64,000 nt of DNA from Pseudomonadota bacterium (lineage in GTDB: Bacteria; Pseudomonadota; Alphaproteobacteria; Rickettsiales; UBA6187): assembly GCA_027620075.1 (NCBI GenBank), contig JAQCEY010000008.1:32504-96503 (forward strand), read 5' to 3'. A program made the position numbers and the translations under genes. Below the pieces are notes generated by a model. That model saw only the letters and a list, made by a program, of their open reading frames with translations, ran no database searches and had not been told where the DNA came from. Below are positions 9,861-18,962 of this stretch, in pieces. Position 1 is the stretch's first letter. Every line of letters starts with the position of its first letter.

Positions 9861-11261
9861 TTAATAATCGGAACTACTATCATCGGCACTATCCTCTTCA
9901 AAACGCTCTATCTCGAAGAAGTTTTGCGGTGCCGGAGAAACTATATAAAATTTACCGTCCCATATTTCAATAATAGCAAGCCCTCTTTCGGTTAACCCGT
10001 TTTCTTTAAAGCGGAATATACCGTCAATACCGACAAACCCTCTAGGATTTGTTAATGAGCGATTACTAAAATCCTGCCCCTTGGTTATCCTTGCTATAGT
10101 AGCTGTTAGTGCTATACCGTCATAAGCAAGGCTTGCCAGTTCATTTGGTTCATACCCGTAAATTTCTTTGAACTTGCCTTCAAATATCTCCCGTCGGTCC
10201 TTCGGAGGAGCGGCAAACCAGCTACCCTGCAATACCGGATTGTTTAATAAAGACTCTTCTTCCTGATACCAGTTAGAAGTGCCAAGCAATTTTATTTTTT
10301 CAGGGTCGTGTTTATAATTTGTTAAAAGCTCCGTAACCATAGAGAGATTTTCACCCCCCTGAGGCACTAATAAAGCCCTTGGGAATTTTATCGGGTTATC
10401 ATTAAACTTCTTTAACTCCTCATTGTAATCCTTTGGCGGCTTAGTGTTCATCAAAGAATCAAATGCAGCATAAACATGAGATTTCAATCTTTTTGGTTCG
10501 CCCGACTTATCGGTTATAAATATTTCCGTTTTTAAAACCGAAGCCTCTTTGTTTCCTGAAACAGAATTTCTCATTTCTTTTGCCGCCGCCGCACCATAGG
10601 CACTGTTAGGAAGAACTGCGGCAAAATCCTCCATGCCTTTTTCCATAGCAAATTCAACAACACGCCTTATTTGCTGTTCGGGGCGGAATCCCATTGCAAA
10701 TATGCCTTTATCCGCCAGCGTTTTGTCATTTGAGAATGAAACGATGCTAATGCCGTTTTCTTTTGCCTTATCGGCAACTGCTTGGGCAGATTTGCTGAAT
10801 ATCGGACCTAATATTATGTTAACATCATTTTCAATAGCCTTTTCAACAGCCTCAACAGCACCATAGGAGGTTCCCTTTGTATCGATAGGAACAAGTATAA
10901 GGTTAGGCTCGTTAATACCGAATAATGCCAACTGAGCAGAATCAAGCATGTTTTTTCCAAGTTCTTGATATTTACCGCTTAGAGGTACTAATAATGCAAC
11001 TTTTACAGGAGGAAAACTTGCGAATCTTGTAAATACGCCAGTACTTTTCTCATCAAGCTGTTTGGGTGGCGGATATTTTTTAATTACGTTCTTTCTCTTA
11101 GCGTAGTCATCGTCAGGATAAGTATTTGCTGAAGGTTGCGGTATATCTGGACTATTAGGCTGATAATATGTATCATCAACAGTTGTACATGAAACAACAA
11201 AGATTAATAATAACAACAATATATTTCGCACAATAAACACCCCATGACAGATAATAATCAA
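9861..11261 (-). CDS. LpoA/LppC-like lipoprotein with a periplasmic-binding-protein type-1 fold (putative PBP activator)
   Basis: 466 aa. Lipobox LLIFVVSC|TT. PBP1-like body (VKVALLVPLSGKY...). Divergent from rsmI, as with lpoA(yraM)/rsmI(yraL) in E. coli. The start is uncertain: it overlaps the rsmI start by 18 nt, and in-frame GTG codons lie just downstream. Confidence 0.6.
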   Translation of the reverse strand: MIIICHGVFIVRNILLLLLIFVVSCTTVDDTYYQPNSPDIPQPSANTYPDDDYAKRKNVIKKYPPPKQLDEKSTGVFTRFASFPPVKVALLVPLSGKYQELGKNMLDSAQLALFGINEPNLILVPIDTKGTSYGAVEAVEKAIENDVNIILGPIFSKSAQAVADKAKENGISIVSFSNDKTLADKGIFAMGFRPEQQIRRVVEFAMEKGMEDFAAVLPNSAYGAAAAKEMRNSVSGNKEASVLKTEIFITDKSGEPKRLKSHVYAAFDSLMNTKPPKDYNEELKKFNDNPIKFPRALLVPQGGENLSMVTELLTNYKHDPEKIKLLGTSNWYQEEESLLNNPVLQGSWFAAPPKDRREIFEGKFKEIYGYEPNELASLAYDGIALTATIARITKGQDFSNRSLTNPRGFVGIDGIFRFKENGLTERGLAIIEIWDGKFYIVSPAPQNFFEIERFEEDSADDSSSDY

Positions 11262-12122
11262 AGAACCGCTATTAATAATACACTATTGCAATCATGTAAA
11301 CAGGAGCTTGCATTATATGTTGTTGCAACCCCTATCGGTAACATGGAAGACATCACTTTAAGAGCTATAAAAACACTTGCTAACGTTGATGTAATTGCAT
11401 GCGAAGATACTAGAATTACACAAAATTTACTGTCTAGGCTGAATATAAAATCAAAATTAATATGCTATAATGACCATAGCGGCGAAAAAGAACGTGATTA
11501 TATAGAATCTCTTTTGATATCGGGAAAATCCGTAGCACTTGTGTCCGATGCGGGTACACCGCTGATTTCAGATCCCGGTTATAAACTTATACGCAGGATA
11601 TCCGACGCAGGTATAAAAGTAACATCTATCCCCGGAGCCTCATCAGTATCTACCGCACTTACATTATGCGCCTTACCTACCGACAGATTCTTTTTTGAGG
11701 GCTTTTTGCCTCCCAAAAGCGGGGCAAGGATAAATGCCTTAAATAAACTAAAAGAAATAAACGCCACTTTAATATTTTTTGAATCGGCAAAAAGGCTTGT
11801 TTCCTCAATCGCCGATATCGGCAGTGTATTTAAAGAACGGGAAATATGTATATTAAGGGAGATTACAAAAAAGTTTGAAGAGATTAAAAGGGGTACTAGC
11901 GAAGAACTTGAACAATATTACAAAAACAATCCGCCAAAAGGCGAGATAGTAATTGTTGTAGCACCGCCAAATGAGAATGAAGTCAGCAATACCGACATAA
12001 TTTTCCAGCTATCCAAAGCACTGGAAAGCATGAGCGTAAAAGATGCCGTTGCATTGGTGGCAGATAATAACGGCGTTAATAAAAAAGACGTTTACAATTT
12101 AGCACTGAATATTAAAAAATGA
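11244..12122 (+). CDS. rsmI: 16S rRNA (cytidine1402-2'-O)-methyltransferase
   Basis: 292 aa. LYVVATPIGNMEDITLRA....VDVIACEDTR tetrapyrrole-methylase-fold signature of RsmI. Confidence 0.9.
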   Translation: MTDNNQRTAINNTLLQSCKQELALYVVATPIGNMEDITLRAIKTLANVDVIACEDTRITQNLLSRLNIKSKLICYNDHSGEKERDYIESLLISGKSVALVSDAGTPLISDPGYKLIRRISDAGIKVTSIPGASSVSTALTLCALPTDRFFFEGFLPPKSGARINALNKLKEINATLIFFESAKRLVSSIADIGSVFKEREICILREITKKFEEIKRGTSEELEQYYKNNPPKGEIVIVVAPPNENEVSNTDIIFQLSKALESMSVKDAVALVADNNGVNKKDVYNLALNIKK

Positions 12123-12237
12123 TAAAAAAGAAACATCGTACAAGTGTCACTATTCCAAAAATATTTAAAAATAGAATTGATTGTTAATTAAATTTTTTGT
12201 AAAACGTTGCGGAGTGTCTAATTGAAATAAAAATAAA

Positions 12238-12331
12238 GTAACTTTGAATTTACGCATATTAAAAAAGTTTCCTAACTTTTTTAAATATGGATTCCACTAT
12301 AATTTTTTACTAAACAAATTCGTGGAATGAC
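12238..12331 (-). repeat. Palindromic multi-hairpin intergenic repeat, subfamily 1 (copy A, inverted relative to copy B)
   Basis: The reverse complement reads gtcattccacgaatttgtttagtaaaaaattatagtggaatcca...aaaaaagttaggaaactttttt...caaagttac. It is near-identical in layout and sequence to 35719..35819. Confidence 0.85.
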
Positions 12332-12373
12332 AAAGGCGAGTAAATTAAATGCAAATAATAATTTAGAATCGTT

Positions 12374-13381
12374 ATGAAAGATTTATTATTACCGATTATA
12401 AAAAAGTCTACTCGAATATCATCGCAGCTATCGGAAAGCTTTATAAAAGCATTTTCCGCCCGTGCCGAAACGCCATATGCATCTAAGGGCAGTAAATCTG
12501 ATAAAAAACAAAATTATCCTGCTTTAAAAGATAATCATTATAGGAACAATAATAATACTCATGGCAACAACGCACTTCTTTATACTGCGGTTGGATTTGC
12601 AGGTGTGGTTATTATTAAAGGCGTTCGAGAAAATGCAAAAAAAAGAAGCACTGAAACTGACAAAAAGAATGATATTATTCCGATATCGGAAAGTAATTCA
12701 GAAGCGTTAAAGAAATATTATTCGGAAAGAATTTTTACAAACGGCATAAGAGATGAAAAAACAAACGAGATAATGTCTGAATTTTTAAAAGTAATTGATT
12801 CTAAAGATGATAAACCGCTTATACATGATATAATGCAAACCATTGCGGCAAAAGGAGCTTTAAACAAAATCAACCTATCTTCAGAGCCTCAACTCATTGA
12901 AACAAAAACAGGCATGAATATGCTAACGGCAAGCCTTGATAAAGATAACAATATCAACGTTTATGATGCTGATAACAGAACTACTAAGGAAGTTATAAGC
13001 AGCATAGTTCATGAAGCCGCTCACTTATTGCAGAACATAACTATAGAAAACAATATTTTCCTCAAAAACCCCTTTAAAAGTAGCACTTTAATCGACACCC
13101 TAAAAAAAGACCGGAAATTAAATAAGGGTTCAAAGGTGATATCCGAACTTATTGAGGATATAATGGAATATGATAGTAATAAATATGGTTTTGAAATACA
13201 TTCAAGGGTTATGGAACAATATTATGCAAACACAGAGGAGGCAAAAAGGCTTTTTCCAAATACTATAAGCGAAATATCTAAAATTCATAAAAATGTAAAA
13301 TCAACACTTTACAACGACCCTGCTTCTTTTGTGCAAAGATTATCTTTTAGTAATCGTCAACCGACTGCCCAAAGTCTTTAA
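12374..13381 (+). CDS. Hypothetical membrane-anchored protein with an HExxH motif
   Basis: 335 aa. One hydrophobic segment (ALLYTAVGFAGVVIIKG). A single IVHEAAHLLQ motif. I recognise no family beyond that. Confidence 0.5.
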   Translation: MKDLLLPIIKKSTRISSQLSESFIKAFSARAETPYASKGSKSDKKQNYPALKDNHYRNNNNTHGNNALLYTAVGFAGVVIIKGVRENAKKRSTETDKKNDIIPISESNSEALKKYYSERIFTNGIRDEKTNEIMSEFLKVIDSKDDKPLIHDIMQTIAAKGALNKINLSSEPQLIETKTGMNMLTASLDKDNNINVYDADNRTTKEVISSIVHEAAHLLQNITIENNIFLKNPFKSSTLIDTLKKDRKLNKGSKVISELIEDIMEYDSNKYGFEIHSRVMEQYYANTEEAKRLFPNTISEISKIHKNVKSTLYNDPASFVQRLSFSNRQPTAQSL

Positions 13382-13485
13382 CTAAGAAAATAAGTCCACA
13401 CTACTAGGAAAATATTTCCCGATAGACACATCAAAACCACTTCCGACAAACTCCAAACCTCTGAGTTAACAGCCTTTTGGCTATT

Positions 13486-13501
13486 TGGCACGGTTCTAGC
13501 A
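13486..13501 (+). promoter_or_regulatory. Candidate sigma-54 (-24/-12) promoter upstream of flgI
   Basis: TGGCACGgttcTAGCA versus the consensus TGGCACG-N4-TTGCW. One mismatch, and the GG/GC spacing is correct. Lies 39 nt upstream of the first flgI ATG. Confidence 0.55.
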
Positions 13502-13539
13502 TTGTTATTAACGAAATAATTTTCAATTAGTTATAACTT

Positions 13540-14799
13540 ATGGCACTCAGAAAAAAACAACCTAAAATATACAAGTCGGCTTTAAATGATTTAAAAGCCG
13601 CAAGGTTTCTTGCCGGACACGAATATATCAAAGGTATGCAAAAAGCGGGGAACGATAACTACAGGGCAAGAAGCTCACGATTAAAGACACTATTCATGAT
13701 ATGCACCATGACATTGGTTATAGCCGTTTTATTACTAGCTAAATCCGCTCATTCTGCATCACGTATAAAAGACATAGTTTATTTTGAAGGCATAAGGGAA
13801 AACACCTTGCTCGGCTATGGTCTGGTGGTAGGTCTGAACGGTACGGGTGATAACCTGAAGAACTCACCGTTTACAGAAAAAGGTCTTGCCGAGTTCCTGT
13901 CAAAATTAGGTATCAACTCAAAAGGCACTAACTTAAAGACAAAGAACGTTGCCGCAGTAACTATAACGGCTAACTTTCCTGCATTTGCAAGGGTCGGTAG
14001 TAAATTTGACGTTACCGTAAGTACCTTAGGTGACGCAAAAAGCCTTGAGGGCGGAACATTGCTCGCATCGCCACTGCTAGGTGCTGACGGCAATGTATAT
14101 GGTGTGGCACAAGGTCCTGTAACAATAGGAGGAGTAATAAGCGATTCGGACTCCTCAAACGCAAAATCCAAAGGTGTCGGAACAAATAGTACGATAGCTA
14201 ACGGAGCTACCGTTGAGCGTGAAATAGCTTTTGACCTGTCATCAATGAAGTCTTTAAAACTGGCGTTACGCAACCCTGATATATCTACCGCACGCCGTAT
14301 TTCGGAGAACATAAACGACGCTATCGGTGAAGATGCGGCTAACCCTCTTGACCCCGGTACGGTTAACTTAAATGTTCCTGATATTTATGAAGGAAACGTT
14401 TTGGGTCTTTTGGCAGATATTGAGCAGATAATCGTAGAGCCTGACCAGCGTGCCGTTGTTGTAATTGATGAGGCATCGGGAACAATAGTTATGGGCGAAG
14501 AGGTTAAGATAGATACCGTTGCCGTAGCACAGGGAAATCTGATGGTTGCCGTAAATAGCAATTTCAATGATAAGGGTAATGCATTTTCGTCCGACGTATC
14601 AAGGGCATCGGGCAATACCGAGCCTGTAAATAATAATAATAATCCGGGCAACGGTCTTGCGGTATTACCGCAGGGTGCAAACTTGCGTGACCTAGTAAGC
14701 GGGTTAAACGCACTTGGAGTCGGCACACGTGATTTAATTACAATATTGCAAACTATTAAAGTAGCAGGTGCATTACACGCCGATATAGAGGTAAGGTAA
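13540..14799 (+). CDS. flgI: Flagellar P-ring protein FlgI
   Basis: 419 aa. GYGLVVGLNGTGD and other FlgI blocks throughout. The signal peptide (LVIAVLLLAKSAHSA|S) only begins around residue 53, so alternative starts at 13636 or 13696 are plausible. Confidence 0.9.
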   Translation: MALRKKQPKIYKSALNDLKAARFLAGHEYIKGMQKAGNDNYRARSSRLKTLFMICTMTLVIAVLLLAKSAHSASRIKDIVYFEGIRENTLLGYGLVVGLNGTGDNLKNSPFTEKGLAEFLSKLGINSKGTNLKTKNVAAVTITANFPAFARVGSKFDVTVSTLGDAKSLEGGTLLASPLLGADGNVYGVAQGPVTIGGVISDSDSSNAKSKGVGTNSTIANGATVEREIAFDLSSMKSLKLALRNPDISTARRISENINDAIGEDAANPLDPGTVNLNVPDIYEGNVLGLLADIEQIIVEPDQRAVVVIDEASGTIVMGEEVKIDTVAVAQGNLMVAVNSNFNDKGNAFSSDVSRASGNTEPVNNNNNPGNGLAVLPQGANLRDLVSGLNALGVGTRDLITILQTIKVAGALHADIEVR

Positions 14800-15120
14800 A
14801 TGAAAGTCGGAACACTGTTTTTAACAATAATACTGTTTTCATCACATGCCGGTGCAGGCTCTTTTGAGCAACTGAACCGTCAAACCTCGCAAATTGACGA
14901 TGACAACAAGATACATGAAGAAGCGGTGGAATTAGAATCGGTTTTAATATCTAAAATGATAGAACCTATGTTCCCTGACGGCAAAGAAAGCGGATTATAT
15001 GGCGGAGGGCATGGCTCGGATATCTTCAGGCAAATGATGATTGATGAATACGCAAAAACACTTGCAACAACAAACGGCTTAGGGCTGGCAGAAAGCATTG
15101 AAAGAGATTTAAAAAAATAA
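14800..15120 (+). CDS. flgJ: Rod-binding protein (single-domain FlgJ N-terminal type, no muramidase domain)
   Basis: 106 aa. ELESVLISKMIEPMF....GGGHGSDIFRQMMIDEYAK matches the FlgJ rod-binding domain pattern. The ATG directly abuts the flgI stop. Confidence 0.7.
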   Translation: MKVGTLFLTIILFSSHAGAGSFEQLNRQTSQIDDDNKIHEEAVELESVLISKMIEPMFPDGKESGLYGGGHGSDIFRQMMIDEYAKTLATTNGLGLAESIERDLKK

Positions 15121-15130
15121 GGGAACAAAC

Positions 15131-15580
15131 ATGACGACAGAAACAAATAAAATAGATTTTGCGGATATGGTATCGGTAATCAAGCGTCTTACGAATATCT
15201 TATCTATCGAAATACAAATGATAAAAGATATGAAACTTGCCCAGATTCATACCTTACAGGACGAAAAACTTAAACTCCTGTCGGTTGTAGAGAGCTTCAA
15301 AGAAACTATTCAGGAAAACCCTGATATTCTAGCCTCAATAAACGAAGCAACAAAAAGAGAACTGACACAAGCCAACAACGAGTTTGAAAAGCTTATAAAT
15401 GAAGATGGCAAACAGCTTCTCAAAGCAAGAAAGGTGCATCAGATAATTATGGAATCAATACGAAAAGTTCTTGATGACAAACAGAAAAACTCAATGAGTT
15501 ATAATCAGGAAGGAATAGTCGGTAACAATAAAAAAAAAATTGTGAGCTCGAGTCCGTTCACGGTTAACTCATCTATTTAG
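15131..15580 (+). CDS. Putative FlgN/FlaN-like flagellar export chaperone
   Basis: 149 aa, predicted helical. Sits immediately upstream of flgK-flgL, as flgN/flaN does. Sequence similarity is judged weak. Confidence 0.45.
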   Translation: MTTETNKIDFADMVSVIKRLTNILSIEIQMIKDMKLAQIHTLQDEKLKLLSVVESFKETIQENPDILASINEATKRELTQANNEFEKLINEDGKQLLKARKVHQIIMESIRKVLDDKQKNSMSYNQEGIVGNNKKKIVSSSPFTVNSSI

Positions 15581-15599
15581 TTTTTAATGGGTAATAATA

Positions 15600-18014
15600 A
15601 TGACAACTTTATCAAACGCATTATCCGCATCACTTAGTAGCCTTAAAACAGTGCAGGAAAGTATATCTGTGGCTGCAAATAACGTTGCAAATGTTAACAC
15701 ACCCGGATATGTAAGGCAAACGGTTAACCAGCAATCAATAGTAACTGACGGCGTAGGTCAGGGCGTACAGGTAGTTTCTATCACGGCTAATGTCGATGAG
15801 CAGTTGTTAAAGTCGTTACGGGCACAATTTTCCGAATTAGGTTATGCAAACGCCTTAAACGGTTACTACGATACGGCACAGACACTACTTGGAAAACCAA
15901 GTGACGATAACAGCCTAAGTAGCTCTATAGACAAGTTTCTTGCCGACTTCCAAATACTCAGTGACACCCCTCAAACAGCATCATTGCAGTTAGCTGCGGT
16001 CAATAGTGCGGTTGATTTGACAAATAAAATTTCCCAAACGGCTAGAGATCTGCATAACTTACAGGTTAGTGCCGATGCACAGATAAAAGCCGAGGTAAAT
16101 CAGGTAAACAGCATTATTCTGAGTCTGCATGATACGAACGTTCAAATAATAAATTTCCCTGAAGGGACGGCAGGACGGCTTGAAATAGAGCAGGAAAGAG
16201 AGGTGTTGCTAAGGCAGCTTTCCGAATATGTAAATGTAAGTGCAAATGTTAATAGCGACGGCAAATTAACAGTCTTAACGGGAAGCGGATTATCATTGCT
16301 CGAAACATCAGGACCATATCAACTATCTCACATTGCAGTTCCTTCAAGGGATAACTTTGTAAACGGCACGCCAAGGTCTGCTATTACCATATCACCTTTA
16401 AACAATAACGGCACTTTAGGTGAGCCGGTCGATCTGGTTACATCGGGCATAGGTTCTTCCGTTACCACAAGTCTTACATCAGGCTCAATAAAAGGTCTGG
16501 TTGAAATAAGGGAGCTTGAGTTGCCTAAAATTATAGAACAACTTGATAATCTTGCTTTAGAACTGACAAAACAGGTGAATGCTATTACAAATAACGGATC
16601 AAGCTTCCCTCCCCCCTCATCATTGACAGGTACGACCTCTATTGCCTCAACAACTTCCGTAGGCTTTTCAGGTAGCGTAATGATAGCAGTTCTTGACAGT
16701 GACGGAACGCCTCCGACAAGTCCTTATTCCGATGAAGTAAACCTACGACCACTCACACTGGACTTGGGAAGCCTTGATAGCGGAAGTGGAGCAGGGCAAC
16801 CGGACTTACAAACTATCGTAGATGAAATAAACTATTATTACGGCCCTCCTCAACCGCGTGCGGAAGTGGGCAATCTGCGTGACATAACATTAGCTGCCGT
16901 ATCAACTGATATTGCAGACGGAGGAACGGCACAATTCGACCTTCAGCTTGATAATATTTCAACCGAAAATGCCACAGTGGTTATAAACTCCATTACCGTT
17001 ATTGACCCTATTGACTTCAGCCAGACATATAATGCGGCAACATTACCAAGTCCTAATAGCTATGTTGTTAATCCGGGCGACAGGGAGCGGACAGGCATAC
17101 CTTTTACGGTAGATTTTGGCGGTGACGATAACAGGGCATCTTATACTGTACGTGTGCAGGTACAGGTTACCGATGCATCGGGTAATGTGTCGGTTGCAGA
17201 TATTGATTACACCGTAAACGATAACGTAACGGCGGTAAAAAATGACAGATATCCGCCTGCTGCGGTAACTAACGTTTCGGGAACAAGTACCCTTCATGCA
17301 GCACCTTCATCACAAGGCTTTTTAACAGCAAGTATTGTTGATGCCAACGGTGTAACGGTATCAGCCGGAACTTCCGGGTTTTTAAAATTAACCACTAATC
17401 CCAATTCAAGTTACGGCGTGGTAATGAGTGAGCTTAACAGTCAGGAAGTAGGGCTGCCTTCGACTCCGTCTAGTAGCGTTACTAATAAAGGTTTTTCCGA
17501 TTATTTCGGAATGAATAATTTTTTCGAACCACATGGTACAACAGGTGGAAGTGCATTAAACATGTCGGTTAGAAGTGATATTGTAAGCAACCCGAGTAAA
17601 CTTCAAAGGGCGTCTTTGATACTTTCAAACCAGCCTTCAGACCCTAATACTGCTGTTTATACATATGAGATAGGAAGCGGTGACAACGCCATACTTTCAA
17701 GCATAGCCTCATTAAACGATGTAGATGTTTCATTTGCCTCAGCAGGAACCCTGCCTAATATAACAACCACATTAACAGGATATAGTGCCGATATTATAGG
17801 TTACACCTCTACGATATCGGTAAGGTTTTATAACGTACAACAAATCGAAGCACTAGGTCTTGAAGGTCTAAACGACCTGTTGTTCAAACAGGCTGGAGTA
17901 AATACCGATGATGAACTGGCAAGGATAATCGAATTAGAGAATAACTATAAGGCATCGGCTCAAATCATCAGCACAATACAGGAACTATTTAGAGCCTTAC
18001 AGCAAGCGTTCTAA
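15600..18014 (+). CDS. flgK: Flagellar hook-associated protein 1 (FlgK), long form
   Basis: 804 aa. N-terminal SVAANNVANVNTPGY and a C-terminal helical YKASAQIISTIQELFRAL typical of FlgK. Large Ser/Thr/Asn-rich central region. Confidence 0.9.
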   Translation: MTTLSNALSASLSSLKTVQESISVAANNVANVNTPGYVRQTVNQQSIVTDGVGQGVQVVSITANVDEQLLKSLRAQFSELGYANALNGYYDTAQTLLGKPSDDNSLSSSIDKFLADFQILSDTPQTASLQLAAVNSAVDLTNKISQTARDLHNLQVSADAQIKAEVNQVNSIILSLHDTNVQIINFPEGTAGRLEIEQEREVLLRQLSEYVNVSANVNSDGKLTVLTGSGLSLLETSGPYQLSHIAVPSRDNFVNGTPRSAITISPLNNNGTLGEPVDLVTSGIGSSVTTSLTSGSIKGLVEIRELELPKIIEQLDNLALELTKQVNAITNNGSSFPPPSSLTGTTSIASTTSVGFSGSVMIAVLDSDGTPPTSPYSDEVNLRPLTLDLGSLDSGSGAGQPDLQTIVDEINYYYGPPQPRAEVGNLRDITLAAVSTDIADGGTAQFDLQLDNISTENATVVINSITVIDPIDFSQTYNAATLPSPNSYVVNPGDRERTGIPFTVDFGGDDNRASYTVRVQVQVTDASGNVSVADIDYTVNDNVTAVKNDRYPPAAVTNVSGTSTLHAAPSSQGFLTASIVDANGVTVSAGTSGFLKLTTNPNSSYGVVMSELNSQEVGLPSTPSSSVTNKGFSDYFGMNNFFEPHGTTGGSALNMSVRSDIVSNPSKLQRASLILSNQPSDPNTAVYTYEIGSGDNAILSSIASLNDVDVSFASAGTLPNITTTLTGYSADIIGYTSTISVRFYNVQQIEALGLEGLNDLLFKQAGVNTDDELARIIELENNYKASAQIISTIQELFRALQQAF

Positions 18015-18032
18015 TAAAGGAGATTATACAAG

Positions 18033-18950
18033 ATGACTATTGAAATAAAAGTACCTACACCGACTCAAAAAATAATCTCACTGTCGCAAACCAAACAGAA
18101 CGAGTTACAAAAAGCCTCCATACAAAGTGCGACAGGGAATAGATATGAAGATTTTCAAGGGTACGCATCAGAGGGTACGGTTGAACGATATATATCACTT
18201 GATTCAAGCATAAAAGCAACCGATACCTATATCAAATCAAACGAGATAATTCAGGCAAGAACACAAACAATAGAGCAATCTTTAGAGCAAATAGTGGTAG
18301 TTGCAAGAGATGTTATCAGCACTATATCACAAAGAAACAATGGGGCATCAGGTGAAAATATACCTATTGACGTAATAACCGACTCATATTTCCAGAGCAT
18401 CGAATCAATTTTAAATACACGTTCTGACGGGATTTATCTATTTGCAGGAACTAAAACCGACACTAAACCGGTTGTAAACGCAAATTCAAGCAATGTCGAC
18501 TCTACAACTCTTGTTACCAGTGCCTCTTATTATCAGGGCAATAGTGCCATTGCTTCCGTTAATATAAGTCAATCCGAAGTGCTTTCATACGGTGTAACTG
18601 CTAATGACCCTGCTTTTCAGGAATTAATCGGGGCAATACATTTACTGATAGAAGCTGACGCAAGCGGAGATACGGAATTATTAGGCAAGGCACTCGATAT
18701 GGCAAACAGTGCTAATGAACGTATCGTTTCACTTGCAGCCTCGGCACGCTCGGCAAGTAACAGACTTGCAAAAATAAACACCGTGCATACAAGTGTAGGA
18801 ACACTACTCTTTGAGAGTTTTAGCGATGTAGCATTTATCAGACTTGAAATTGCGGCAACCAAAATGATTGAACTTGAGGCAATTATCGAAGCTTCATACC
18901 TTGCTTTTAATAGGCTCAGTAATCTTAAACTATCTAACTTTTTAAGCTAA
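18033..18950 (+). CDS. flgL: Flagellar hook-associated protein 3 (FlgL)
   Basis: 305 aa. Flagellin-like N- and C-terminal helices. Positioned directly after flgK. Confidence 0.8.
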   Translation: MTIEIKVPTPTQKIISLSQTKQNELQKASIQSATGNRYEDFQGYASEGTVERYISLDSSIKATDTYIKSNEIIQARTQTIEQSLEQIVVVARDVISTISQRNNGASGENIPIDVITDSYFQSIESILNTRSDGIYLFAGTKTDTKPVVNANSSNVDSTTLVTSASYYQGNSAIASVNISQSEVLSYGVTANDPAFQELIGAIHLLIEADASGDTELLGKALDMANSANERIVSLAASARSASNRLAKINTVHTSVGTLLFESFSDVAFIRLEIAATKMIELEAIIEASYLAFNRLSNLKLSNFLS

Positions 18951-18962
18951 CCATTAACTAAT

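Noticed and set aside
13815-14726. 165-aa and 113-aa minus-strand ORFs
   Set aside because: Antisense to flgI. These are shadow ORFs.
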